Shown: positions 50,201-60,000 of the stretch, in pieces
Position numbering within the stretch: position 1 is the stretch's first letter
Layout: each line of letters opens with the position of its first letter
NCBI GenBank assembly: GCA_964514975.1
Contig: CAZESS010000007.1
Location: 1 to 64,000 of the forward strand
DNA length: 64,000 nucleotides
Origin: an uncultured Thermoplasmatales archaeon
GTDB taxonomy: Archaea; Thermoplasmatota; E2; UBA202; DSCA01
Direction: 5' to 3'
The notes under the pieces: model-generated
Told to the model about the DNA's origin: nothing
The model's input: only the letters and a program-made list of their open reading frames with translations
Database searches by the model: none
Position numbers and translations under genes: made by a program

Positions 50201-51434
50201 AGCTCCATTTTGGCGTCCCGTCGTGATTTATCGCATAGATGGTGCCGTCGAGTGAGCCGACGACAACGTCGAGGGGTCCGTCCCGGTCTATGTCGGCGAC
50301 CGCAGGTGAGGCGATGACGGGCTGGCTGTTGTTATATACCCAGAGGACATCCCAGTCTGTTCCCTCGATGCCGAGTGGGCCTTCGTCCCATGGGAAATAA
50401 GCCGGGTTGATGGTGAGATCGTCGTCGGCGCCGTCGCTGTTGTCACCGTCGAAGCACCAGACGTTGTGATAGGGATTGTTGCCGATGATAATTTCTTTGC
50501 CGCGGAGGTGTGAGCCGCCGAGGATGTCGGCGACCGCGGGCGAGGAATGCCAGCAGAAGCTGCCCTCCCGGTGGGTGGTGTTGGGAAACGTCCATATGAA
50601 GCCGCCGCTCGCGTTCATAACCTCGACGTTCCATCCACTCGTCGTCCCGGCTGCTATCTCAAGCGTGCCGGCGGGGTCGTTGTCGATGTTGCAGACCGCG
50701 GGTGAGCTCCGGGCCTCATCGGTCCCGGTGGGTTTGACCCAGAGGATGGTGCCATTGGGATGCCAGCATCGCCAGATGCCGCCCTCCCGCTGGCTGGTGT
50801 TAGTTTCGGGGTAGACATTGCGTGTTTCGTCGCTGCCGCAGATGATTTCGTATCCCTGCGCGGGGTTGAGATCCGCCACGGCGGGAGACGAGCCGAAGGC
50901 CATTTTTTTGTACTGGCTTTGCGGCCATTCGTCGCTGAACATGTGGGTGACGATGCGCTGGAACGTATAGTTCCATTCCTTCTGGAGCTGATGCCCCCCG
51001 GTGACGGGGACGTTGCCCGCGGTGTCGGCCGCGTAGAGCATTATTTTGTGGTGACATGAGTCGTCGATGCTGGTTTGCGCTGCTATGCCGCCCGTGGGGT
51101 CGTGGTCCTGCGACGTGTCATTGAACACGGTGTCGGTTTCCACCAGGGTTTCATAGTCGCCGTCGTCGTCGGCGTCGAGCCAGATGCTGTAGTTGAGGAA
51201 TGCGACGTCGCTTTCGGCGTCGGTGGCGTTGAGCCAGATTGTGGTCTGCGGCGAAATCCAGAGATGGGTGCCGTTGTACATCGGCCCTTCGTATTCCACC
51301 GTTGCATCGGGCGGGGTGGTGTCGTCTCTCATCTCCCCCTCTGCACCATATATGTGCACCGAGAGGATGGCGGTCAATGCTACGAGAAACAAAAAGAACG
51401 TGATGGCTCGCTTGCTGAGAGTGCGCGATTGCAT
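44289..51434 (-). CDS. Giant surface protein: FG-GAP/PQQ-like propeller, Cys-rich Ig-like repeats, DUF11 repeats, C-terminal dockerin-like domain
   Basis: SSPAVAD/DxDGDG repeats, KTD...PG..LTYT DUF11 motifs, paired DVNGDG/DVNQDD EF-hand-like ends. Confidence 0.88.
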   Translation of the reverse strand: MQSRTLSKRAITFFLFLVALTAILSVHIYGAEGEMRDDTTPPDATVEYEGPMYNGTHLWISPQTTIWLNATDAESDVAFLNYSIWLDADDDGDYETLVETDTVFNDTSQDHDPTGGIAAQTSIDDSCHHKIMLYAADTAGNVPVTGGHQLQKEWNYTFQRIVTHMFSDEWPQSQYKKMAFGSSPAVADLNPAQGYEIICGSDETRNVYPETNTSQREGGIWRCWHPNGTILWVKPTGTDEARSSPAVCNIDNDPAGTLEIAAGTTSGWNVEVMNASGGFIWTFPNTTHREGSFCWHSSPAVADILGGSHLRGKEIIIGNNPYHNVWCFDGDNSDGADDDLTINPAYFPWDEGPLGIEGTDWDVLWVYNNSQPVIASPAVADIDRDGPLDVVVGSLDGTIYAINHDGTPKWSFTTGKAVYSSAALVNLPDGDPWMEVLVGSNDSRLYCIDGKTGAEQWNVSTGGAVYSSPSVGDVDGDGYPEIVFGSVDGTVYCVDANGGMEWQYTTGGAVYSSASFSQSPPLFPLQWPMFRHDCRRTGVYESDVVPGNGLHVFIGSDDGYLYKLYGSNGSLASRYLTNGPIHTSPTVADIDGDGAAEILFYDWGDENGHRDTFWCLEEPRRISPDEHEIHVDVTPPPIDMTIGDPHCPTDDGYCVTSQTLITLDASDEGCAGGAGLQQLEYRIWWNGSWTDWTAITPGDGFTFSHSCQHYLEIRAMDNVGNQQVDNHTFYVDNSIPDIDIDVGQPNCTNAGAADYCVTTATPVTITVTNGCCPNMTVMYDTGSGWTDITDQMPYTHYFSSQGLQWLNVTAYTCFDQSAYSNHTFCVDDTAPSIIKTVGDPHVTVTPEEEYYVTTGTPITIDADNPGCCPGMTVEYRIWWNGSWTPWVNITALLPHDLSFGEECTHYLEIRARDCLGHETLDNETFHVDDTTPTSAKEIGTPRYDDFVTTDTPLYINASDTGTCTVGVQQITIEIHRDANQDGIFQPGEIVLSRVVDDNGPHDDNPADGSINTVVTFNESCYHRIRWKARDALSNEEPWQQQTHHVDTTPPAAGVDIGQPHCEISAGSEYCITPDTPVWLNATDAGSTPNCTVGGIVIHWAIWNSTGLYDSGSSAGNTSLVIDETCTHVLGVWAEDALGNRWPATGYHNVTLHVDDAAPSITIDVGQPNCTDVGIADYCVTTSTPVSIDATDAGCCPSMTVIYNNGSGWTQATDLPFMHYFAEECIHWLNVTAYDCLGHTTHRNLTFCVDDTAPTIIKTVGTPQVDYDGDVATDYNITTATNITIDATPGCCPSMTVAYRIDSGQWTPVTPPVNVTLPAGIHTLDIRAGDCLGHVRYDNETFYVETYEPILAINKTDTPDPVQPGASLTYTVTVHNNGNRNATNVNLTEFYDTNVSYSSATPAPSAGNDTWLFDLAVNETKTITVTVTVAHGLDNGTVLNNTVTVTCQEGATNHTWEETTVISTPMLTVDKHMVDVDGGSLEPGDLVCYTLWVNNSGTMPQYNNSGHELVDTIPGHTAYVPGSLVWSDGSALFDSVNGSVVWDGVVPVNDSIMVGFNVTVAVPLDNGTWVNNTACVHWDSNGNYSNDMVSCNGTAMQISSSPELTIIKTDSDNTTQPGSMLNYTIMVSNTGNANATDLTVIETYDANVSYVDASPMPSTGTTLWNRSLLVANESWTINVTVQVASALDNTVLNNTVNVTCGEGCFDETYETTQVVSSPEISIVKHMVDVDGGSLEPGDLVCYTLWVNNSGTMPQYNNSGHELVDTIPGHTAYVPGSLVWSDGSALFDSVNGSVVWDGVVPVNDSIMVGFNVTVAVPLDNGTWVNNTACVHWDSNGNYSNDMVSCNGTAMQISSSPELTIEKTDSVDPVEAGQNLTYHVWVNNSATANANATNVVVTELYDANVSYVDASPMPSSGTTIWNISRVNVSESKHIVIRVHVESVKNGTMLLNTVHVTCSDGVEDTAQENTTVVSHPNISIDKQVSPTTVEKQGHLVYTIRVNNTGTAPATDVVVTETYDPHVRFSTASPMPNNTANTTWNLDVLQAGDQFTITVHADVLPVAQEGDTLHNRVDVTCDEGLSDRAWANATVSAQPPDTHKVFHGIVHNVTYFQGHGEYVLHFITANTTITLDATDLPQDGASGINHTYYRIYKWMKSTGTWRMLFNWQEYGVWNPHPPYDPIDLASLGAAFGYDPCGKYEIEFYSVDMAGTTEVVEWNDVYVDCDIPQSQVHALPSRWHGTTLNITAAAQDDGGVASVTLYYRYSEDNASWTSWLPYGTATDTYAWSFGSPNGSGYYQFYSVAEDYVGRQEPLPVEGTKPDATCWIVHDPWDVNGDGSVNVSDVLLVLDHWGETPSSAGWDAAVDVNQDDVINISDVIVILDHWTG
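45861..47027. repeat. 408-bp direct repeat (45861-46268 and 46620-47027)
   Basis: Copies look identical by eye, period 759 bp; the shadow ORFs translate identically in both. Confidence 0.95.
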
Positions 51435-51695
51435 GCTTAAATAATGCTCATGTGTTTTTTAAGTTTGCTGCTCACCCGTTGCGAGTTGTGAAGAAAGATG
51501 CGGCCATGGGTGAGACCCTCATTGAGGATGCCGTGACACGGAAGACATCCCGCGGGAACAGTATGCCAGAGGGAGGACACACATACAGGATATTGCGCTC
51601 AGTGTACTCTGGATGGATGTCGGAATATTCAGAGATGCATCCGATGACGTGGAGCCCCGCTATCCGTTGCGGATATCACCGGGGGTTCACAGGGC

Positions 51696-53870
51696 CTATG
51701 GCAGCAGATGGAAAAATGTGAACAGCGCCTCGAGCAGCGTTTCGAGCAGCGGCATGCCCGTGCCGGTGAGCGGCATCGTGACGGGCATGGGATCGGACCA
51801 TTCGCTTTCGGCGCCCTTGCTATCCCGTGCCTTGACCTTTATCTCGTAGCTTCCCCTGCGCATCCATCGGTGTTCGGCGCTGACTGTTTCGCCGGGCTCA
51901 TGGGGGCCGAGCCATTCGCTGGTGGAGCCGTCGCCCCAGTCGAACATGTAGGAGACGCTGTCCCCGTCGGGGTCGGTGGTTGATGCGTTGTAGGTGTACT
52001 CCCGCCATCGTTTGCCGTCCGCCGGCCCCGTCGGCGCAGATGGCGTGTGCGGCGGATTGTTTTCGGCCGGGGTGTACGCGATTGACAGCGACGGGTCGCC
52101 GAAGGCCTGCCATTCCTCGATGGTTTTGTAGTCGGCCGCGTCCATGCCGCCGCCGAGATAGCTCTCAATGGTTGTCCCCCAGAGCTCGCCGAACGTGTCG
52201 GCGCCCCTGTCCTGGAATGACCTGAATGACTCGATTTCCATTTTGCCGACCAGGCCGTATGTGATGTATTTCCCGGTGTACACGTATCCGAGGCCGCTGC
52301 AGCCGAGGGTGGCGATGCCGCCGCCGTCGGGGTTGCTGATGAACGACCAGCCGAAGCAGTTGTCATCGTCGGTGTATTTGGCGGTTGAGCAGGCGCCGGT
52401 GACCACGACGGGGAGCATGTCGCTGTTGGACAGGCTGTCGACGTCCGATGTCTTGTAGCCGTTGGGGCGTGGTATCCATGAATATTTGCTGCCGTTGTGG
52501 GGATGTGTCGCCCATAGCTCCGGGTTGCCATGCCCGGAGAACTCGACGAAGCCCGCACCGTTCTCGATGGCGTCCTTGATGTTTTGTTTTTCGTATACTT
52601 TTCCGTTTGACTCCCATATCCGTTCGGGGCGGAAGGTATCCATGATGTCTATGATTTCGCTGTTGATGAGCTCGCCCTCGTTGACGCCGGATGTTTCGCC
52701 GTATGCGTCGGTGAAGGAGTCGCCGCCGACGACCACGAGGTTGGTGAACCATGGCTGGGAGCTCGACTCGGATGTTTCGTAGGCGATGATTTTGTCGACC
52801 GAGGTGGTTACCTCGCCCGTGCTGGTGCATGCCAGCCTGCCCAGGTAGACATCCGGATAGAGGTCGACGATGTCCGTGTTTCCATTCCAGTTGTATTCGC
52901 CGAACACGTTGTTTTCGTTGGTGTCCCAGCTGGCGAACCCGCCGGTGCCATTGTACACGTCGGCATAGTAAAGATCGGATGGGAAAATCTCGTCGTCGCT
53001 GTCGCCGACCTCGACATGGGTTTCCCGTACCGGGAATTCGTCTGCGCCGCCGACGAGCATGACATAGGTGACCCCCCAGTTTTCTATGGCGTCGCGGATG
53101 AAATATTTTATCCGCTCCTGTTCGTCCCGTCCCTCCGGGGTGAAGTAGACGCCGTTTTTGATGTCGTCGAGCGTCACCAGCTTGCTGTCCACGTTGCGTG
53201 ACTCCTTGTGGGAGACCAATCGTTCAAGCGGCTGGCTGAACGTCTCGGGCGTGATGACGAGCAGGTCGTATGCATCGTTCGCCGCCGGCAGCGGAGCCGG
53301 GCGTGGCTGGTCAAGCCTTATTTCCACGGTGACCGTGTCGGCATACTGCAGCGTGTCGTCAGCGGGGATGTACCGGGCGGGAAACGCCGACACCGACAGG
53401 GAGAGCACGTGTCGCCCGTCCTGCAGGCCGGCCCGTGTGTCCCAGGTTGCCCATGATGACGGATACGGTGAATCGCTGGTATATATGGATCCCTCGGCCG
53501 GTGCTGTCGGTTGTTGTCCGTTCAGCCGGGTGGGCTGCGGAGACGGGCAAAGCTTGCTGGAAAGCGACATGGTTTTGATGGATGACGTCTCTACATGGAC
53601 ATCCTTGATACGGGTGCCAAATGGAAGCGTCTGCATCGTCGTCCGGACGGGCAGCAATGGCGCGCCGGGCTGCACGTGATACCCGGTGGTTTCGTCCATG
53701 AACAGTTTAAGGTATTCTCCTTCCCGTTCGAGGGCGGGCGATGAAAAATGAAATGTTATCTGTCTGGACTCCAGGCCGCCGGTGTCTCCTCCATCCGCCA
53801 TGACGTGTCCCATTGAGCTCACGACAAAAAGTACTGCCAGCATGACGCTGATACCGTGTTTTGTTTCCAT
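51696..53870 (-). CDS. Gingipain-like C25 cysteine peptidase with propeptide and PKD domain
   Basis: PGAPLLP propeptide, YVMLVG, SDLYYAD, LGRL, SGHG (His), GACST (Cys), FGDP and FDWGDG. Confidence 0.92.
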   Translation of the reverse strand: METKHGISVMLAVLFVVSSMGHVMADGGDTGGLESRQITFHFSSPALEREGEYLKLFMDETTGYHVQPGAPLLPVRTTMQTLPFGTRIKDVHVETSSIKTMSLSSKLCPSPQPTRLNGQQPTAPAEGSIYTSDSPYPSSWATWDTRAGLQDGRHVLSLSVSAFPARYIPADDTLQYADTVTVEIRLDQPRPAPLPAANDAYDLLVITPETFSQPLERLVSHKESRNVDSKLVTLDDIKNGVYFTPEGRDEQERIKYFIRDAIENWGVTYVMLVGGADEFPVRETHVEVGDSDDEIFPSDLYYADVYNGTGGFASWDTNENNVFGEYNWNGNTDIVDLYPDVYLGRLACTSTGEVTTSVDKIIAYETSESSSQPWFTNLVVVGGDSFTDAYGETSGVNEGELINSEIIDIMDTFRPERIWESNGKVYEKQNIKDAIENGAGFVEFSGHGNPELWATHPHNGSKYSWIPRPNGYKTSDVDSLSNSDMLPVVVTGACSTAKYTDDDNCFGWSFISNPDGGGIATLGCSGLGYVYTGKYITYGLVGKMEIESFRSFQDRGADTFGELWGTTIESYLGGGMDAADYKTIEEWQAFGDPSLSIAYTPAENNPPHTPSAPTGPADGKRWREYTYNASTTDPDGDSVSYMFDWGDGSTSEWLGPHEPGETVSAEHRWMRRGSYEIKVKARDSKGAESEWSDPMPVTMPLTGTGMPLLETLLEALFTFFHLLP

Positions 53871-53999
53871 TCCAATCCCTACTAACTGTATTTTTGGGTT
53901 TTATATAAAGATTGTCGTGGGACAAGGAAATCAAACATCACGGTGTTATATGCCCATGTGTCGTGGGTAATGGAGCCTCGAAACATGGAAAATCATCGG

Positions 54000-54076
54000 A
54001 AAAGGGTGGTTTGTCGTACAAAAAAGGGTGTTAAAAAAGATATAAAAAAAGGGGAAAAGAAAGGGAAAAGGGTGGT
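54000..54076 (-). terminator. Pyrimidine/U-rich terminator
   Basis: T/C-rich tract on the minus strand after the stop at 54077. Confidence 0.55.
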
Positions 54077-57000
54077 TTAGAGGTTCAGTAGCCAGACCTC
54101 TATGTTCTCTGTTGCCTTGTTGCCGGCGCCGTCTGTTGCTTCAACGGTTATCGTTTTTGGTCCGATGGCGAACTCGTCCAGCGTCCAGCTGGTGTGGTCG
54201 GTGAAGGTCTTCTTGACTTCGCCGTTGAACGAGAGGGTTGCGCCTGCTATACCGGAGGTTGCGGGGTCGCTGACCGATACCTCGACGTCTATCTTACCGA
54301 CGATGACGGTGCTCTTTCCGGGCAGCGGCATGACCGCTCTGTTGAACAGATACAGGTTGCCGGTTGCCGGTTTGTGTACCGTTATCTCCGGTGCGTCCTG
54401 GTCGATCTTCAGCGTCTTCGTGCTCGTGGACTCCTGGTTGTCCCTGCTGTCGGTGGAGCGGTAGTAGATGGTGTGTTCCTCGTGCTCGGTGATGGTGAAC
54501 GGTCCGGTGTACTCGGTCCATTCGCCGTCGTCGACCTTGTAGTATGTCGTTATCGTGTCGCCCTCGGGGTCGGCTGCGGTCAGGGTGACCGTCACGTCGC
54601 TGGTGTACCAGCCGTTGTCACCGTTGGGTGACTCCGGATTCAGCGTGCAGGTCGTCGTTGGCGCCTGGTTGACCGCTGAGACCACGAATATGGTTCGGGC
54701 TGTCGGAGTGAACCGGCCGACGTTGTCGACACCGTAGTAGTAGAGCGAATGTGTTCCGGTTGGCATGGTGAACGGTCCGGTGTACTTGGTGAACTCGCCG
54801 GTTATGCCCGTGCCGTTGTCGATGCGGTACCATATCTCCGCGATGCCGAGCGGTGCGGCTGCCTGCATGTCGAACATGACCTTGGTGTCCGGGGTTATCT
54901 CCCAGTGGTCGTCGACCTTTTCTGCAGGGCCGTCGAAGGCGAGGAGGTCGGTTATCTGCTCGTCGGGCATCACTCTGAACTCCACCGTGTGGTGCTGTTC
55001 CTCGTTCCCGAGGCAGTCAACCGCCCAGTAGGTAATCGTCCAGGTGCCCGGGGTCGGTGCCGTCAGGGTGACGGAGCTGTTCACGTCGCCGTGCTGTACC
55101 GGCTGATCCTTCCACTGGTAGTAGATGGTGTAGCCGCCAACCGGGCATGCTCCCTGGTCCACCGCGCTGATGGTGATAGGCGTGCCGGGTGACGGGTTCT
55201 TGCTCGTGATGTCCGGTGAGGTGGTCGTCTGCGGCGGTGAGTTGTCGACCTTGTAGGTGTTGTTGATGGTCCGGGTCTGCCCGAGGTTGTCGGTCGCCTT
55301 GACCTCCACATAGTGGGTGCATTCTCCGTCGAGGGTTATTCCCGGCGGTGCGCCGTACAGGGTGAATGCACGGTCGTCGTATGTCGGACCGCTGCCGCCC
55401 TGGTAGGAGTACCCGTCGCCGTCAGGTGAGCTCGCCCACATGAATGTATCTCCGTCTGCGTCGTCGTGGCTCTGGACTGCTATCCAGCCTTCGTTGAGCG
55501 TGACGGTCGAAGGCAGGGTTGCATCGAACTTGTACATCGAGAATCCAGCGTAGTCAAGACCGGTGTCCGTTACCGTTATGTCGCCGGGCGAGAGGTCGAA
55601 GGACTGCACCAGGTCTGACGGTGAGGTGTCGCTTGCCGGGTCGGAGTAGAAGTCAACGTAGAAGTTCATGCCTGCCGGGTCGCCCGGATACCAGCCGCCG
55701 CTGTAGTACAGCGTGAGGCCATACCAGGTGACGCTGCGGGTGGAACCGGCGACATCCCAGAAGTTCTCGTAAATCTTGTAGCCCATGTTGTAGTCGCTTG
55801 TGCCGAATGACCAGCTCTGGCTCGGGGTGTGCGGTACCTGCTCGAACAGGACGTTGCCCGCACGTGTCGGCTCGCCGGTGGTTGGCTCAGCCTTTGCGTC
55901 AACCTCGATGGCGGTCTCGTCCTCAATGGTTGGGAGATTGTTGCCGATGGTGTTGAGCTCGTCGATGAGGTCGCTGCCTGCGGGCAGGCTTCGATCCTCT
56001 TCACCGAGAAGAGCCGGATAGCCGGGATAGGATACCCAGTTGGACCAGCTGCCCTGGTACCAGATGCGGTACTCGAGGTTCTGTACACCCGAGTCACAGC
56101 CCGGTATCGGGTCGGGTCCCTGGCCGCCGCCGGTGTACGGAATGGCGAAGCCGGTGACCTCTGCGGAGTTGATGAACGATCCGATGAGCGTTGTGCTGCC
56201 GTCGGCCGTGCTCACGGTATACAGGCCGCCTGCACGGTTGGTGTCCCGTGGTTCAGGTGCGAGCGCGTCAATCGGCGTCTCGGTCTGCGTCTCCTTGTCA
56301 CGTGCACTGTATGTGTAGCCTGCAAGATACAGGATATCGCTGTCCTTGTCGTATGCCACGTCCTGTGCATAGTAGAGGTCGAGGCCAGTCTGGCCTATCA
56401 GCGTTGCATCACCGGTGGCTGTGTCGATGGCCCACACGCGGTTGTTGTACGAGGTGCCAATGTCGACGCCGTACATGTTGCCGCTGCTATCGCAGGCGAT
56501 GCCTATCATGACGTCCGTGTAGCCGGTGTTGAAGTCGCCGACATAGGTGGTTGCGCCGCTGCTCGGGTCGACGGTGTAGAGCGACTCGCCGCTGGCACCG
56601 TACATGGTCTGCGTTGACGGGTCATAGGCGAGGCCGTTCAGGTTGGACACGCCGTAGCTGCCGACAACCGTCATGTCACCCGTGGATGGATCGATGGTCC
56701 AGAGGTTGTTGTCGCCGTAGCCGCCGTATTCGACACCGTACCATGTGCCGTCAGCCCAGCATGCACCGGCGATGAAGTAGTTGGAACTCGTTGGTGCAAT
56801 TGAGGTTACCGCTCCGGGGTCGTCAGACGGGAACTCTATGGGGCCTTCCGGTATCGTTGAACCGGGATCGTAGGCCATGTAGCCATAGAAGATGTCGCGT
56901 CCCTCTCCCAGGAATTCTCCGCTGTCGCTCGCATCCACCGTTATCTTGGTGTCCGAGGTGACATGGGTGCCATAGCAGAACGGATCGCCGACGGTCACGT

Positions 57001-60000
57001 TCATCAGCGGGCCAGCATTGTCGACATAGTAGGTCTGATTGCGGACGTATTCGTTGCCGACGTTGTCAAAGGCTCTAATCTCGAGATAGTGCGTGCACTG
57101 CCGGTCGAACGGTTGGATGACCGCTCCTGAACCAATGTCCGTCCAGTCGCTCCAGTGACCGTTGTACCACACACGGTATTCCGACGTGTTGAAGCCGGAG
57201 GTCACGCCCGATATGGCGGGCTGCTCGACCAGTCGGATGTTGTCAACCTGTGCGCCCCAGGCCCAGCCGGATGCACCAGTTTCATCTGTGTCAGAGTATG
57301 TGAATTTCACCACGAAGTTGGGGTTGTTGTCCGCATAGGCAGATATGTCGAGCGGCAGACGCGGGTCCTGGTTGAATCCGGTACCATATCCTGCGGGATC
57401 GAGATCTTCGGTCTGGTAGAGGACGTTCGTCCAGGTGCTGCCGCCGTCCGCGGACACGTTCACCCAGAACTCTCCATGGCCACCAAAGTCCTCGAAGTCG
57501 CCATCGAAGTCAAGGAGGACGTTCTCCCGTCCGGTACAGTCAATCACCGGGGATATCAGCTGGTCGTTGACGTTATCATCGTTGTTATCATCGTCGTCAA
57601 TGCCCATCCGCCAGCCAGATGCCCCGCCAGCGTCACAGCCACTCACGTCGGTATCCACCCGTTCCCAGGTGTATCCTCCACCGTCGCCGTCAACAGTCGT
57701 CCAGCCGCCTGTGCCTGCTTCGAAGTCCTCAAGATAGAACTCTATCTGCGGGCCGGCAGGTGACTGCTCGTAGGCGGTGATGGTGAACGGCGTCGAGGAG
57801 TTCACGTACATCTTGTCGTCGTCGCTGTCATAGTACTGTGGCTGCCCGATCTCCTTGTCGATGCCGGGCGGTGTGCAGTCAGCTATCAGGGTCTGGTTGT
57901 TCAGCGGGGTCTCGTTGTTGCCGAGCGCGTCAGTGCTATAGTATTCAATATAGTAGAGGCCGTCGTCGGGCAGGCTGATGGTCGCCACGCGGTCCCTTGC
58001 AGCCTGAGTGAACGAAACATCGTCAATGTACAGTCCGGCGTACGCAACCACAGTGGTGGCATGCATGCCGAAGGTCACGTTGACATCGGACTGGCCTGCA
58101 TAGGAATCCAGGTTAATCGTTGCTTCTTCCCAGGCGGTGCCGGGATAGTCGTCTACTGACCAGACTTCGTTGCCGTTGACCTCCACGTAGCCATAGTCCC
58201 AGCTGCCGAACAGGTCGCTCCAGTACCAGAAGTTCATCGTCAGGCTCGAGAAGCCCGAGAAGTCAAAGGTCTTGCTCAGGTACGTCTCGCCGCCGGAGTT
58301 CGTGTACTCGTTGTAGAGCACGGTGCCCCACAGCCCGTCTCCGGAATGCGCCGCGGTCGGCGGGTCATGGGTTCCCTGGTAATCATTGACGTCATAGTCG
58401 TCGGTCCATTCCCAGTCGCCGACGGGGTCCCAGTCAGCCCACGGCGTCCAGCCGCCATCGTTCGAGTCAAAGTTGAACGAGTACTGGTCTCCGCCTCCGC
58501 CGCCGCCGCCGGTGGCGTTCATCCAGTCTGTCCAGCCGGTGAACTGGTTCCAGTAGCGGTAATAGGTGGTGCTGCTGTCAACGTGATAGTTCTCCGGCAG
58601 GTCGTTCGGCGTCAGGATGATGTCCGTGGAGCAGGACACCCAGTGAGTACCTGCGTCGTTCCAGTACGGGCCCTCGTAGGATATCTCGGTCTCCGGTGGC
58701 GTGTCATCCACATAATCTTCCTCGACCGTGGTGTTCTCGGTGTTGCCAATCATGTCGACGCTGTAATAGCGGACCTGATGCAAGCCCTCGTCTGCCAGCG
58801 TCATGTTGTAGTCGATGACGCCAACTGCGGGGTTGTCATCCATGCCGCCGTTGTCAACGACGTTGAACACGGTTGTCTCACCGGGCTGTACGTCGCTGCC
58901 GTCGTCGTTCGCGTCATACCAGTGTGTAATATTGATATATTGTACACCGGAGATGTCGTCCTCGGCATGGAACCAGAGGTCGGTCGATGATGTGATGTAC
59001 CATTTCTCGTCCGCGGGCGGAACCTGCGGAAGCTCCTTCTCCACGTGCACGTCGTCAATGGCAAGGCCCCAGAGCCAGTCGTTGCCGTTGGTGTCATACA
59101 GGAACTCAATGTACACATCGCTCGGGTCGCTGTAGCCGGCAGGGTCAAAGGTATGCGATGCCGTGACACCGCCGTACGGGTCGTCGCTGTCCGACCACCA
59201 GATCTGCTCCTCAAAGTTCGCAGAGCCAGTGCCGCCGGAGTACACGTTGACCGCCGCTTCATCGTAGCCCGCGTAGTTCTGGTAATCACGGGCATAGGTC
59301 AGGGTGACCTCGTTGGTATTTGAGCAGTCAAGCGAGGGTGTAAACAGACCGACATCGAAGATATCCGAGGGGTTGTCGTCGCTGTTCGCGAGCGCGTAGT
59401 AGTCGCCGGAGCCCGGAGGCTCACAGGTATGATAGTCATCGTAATCCCACTGCTCCCAGGTGCCGGTGCCGCTGTGCTGGATAATCGTCCAGCCGGTCGG
59501 CGGGAATGTTCCCTCGAAGCCCTCGTCGAGGAGGTCGAGGCGGTGTCCGCGAGCGGATGGCACGTTCACCGTGTAATCGTAGGCAGTATCGCTTGAACCA
59601 CATGACATGTTGTAGACGGATGCTCCGGAGCAGTCAAAGATCTCGTAGTAGTTCTCCGTGGCATAGCTGCCATAGGTGTAGTCGAAGAATATCTCGTCGC
59701 CGGGCATCACCGGTATCTCTGCGGTGACAGGCCCATGACCCTGCGCAGTGGTGACGGTCAGGCCGCTGTGCACGATGTCACCGTTGACGTACACGTCAAG
59801 GGTGCCGCCGTTCCAGCCGTCTCCCCAGCTGTCCCACAGGCTGACGGTGTAGTTGCAGCCTGACGGGCCGCTCTGGTTGGCGTCCACGGCGGGGCCGACC
59901 AGGGTCTTGGTCGTCGTCGGCGGGTTCATGTCCAGGAACTCCGTCACGTCGGCGGTGTCGCTGCCGGTCAGCGTGTCGCCAGTGATGGTCGCCGAGGCCT

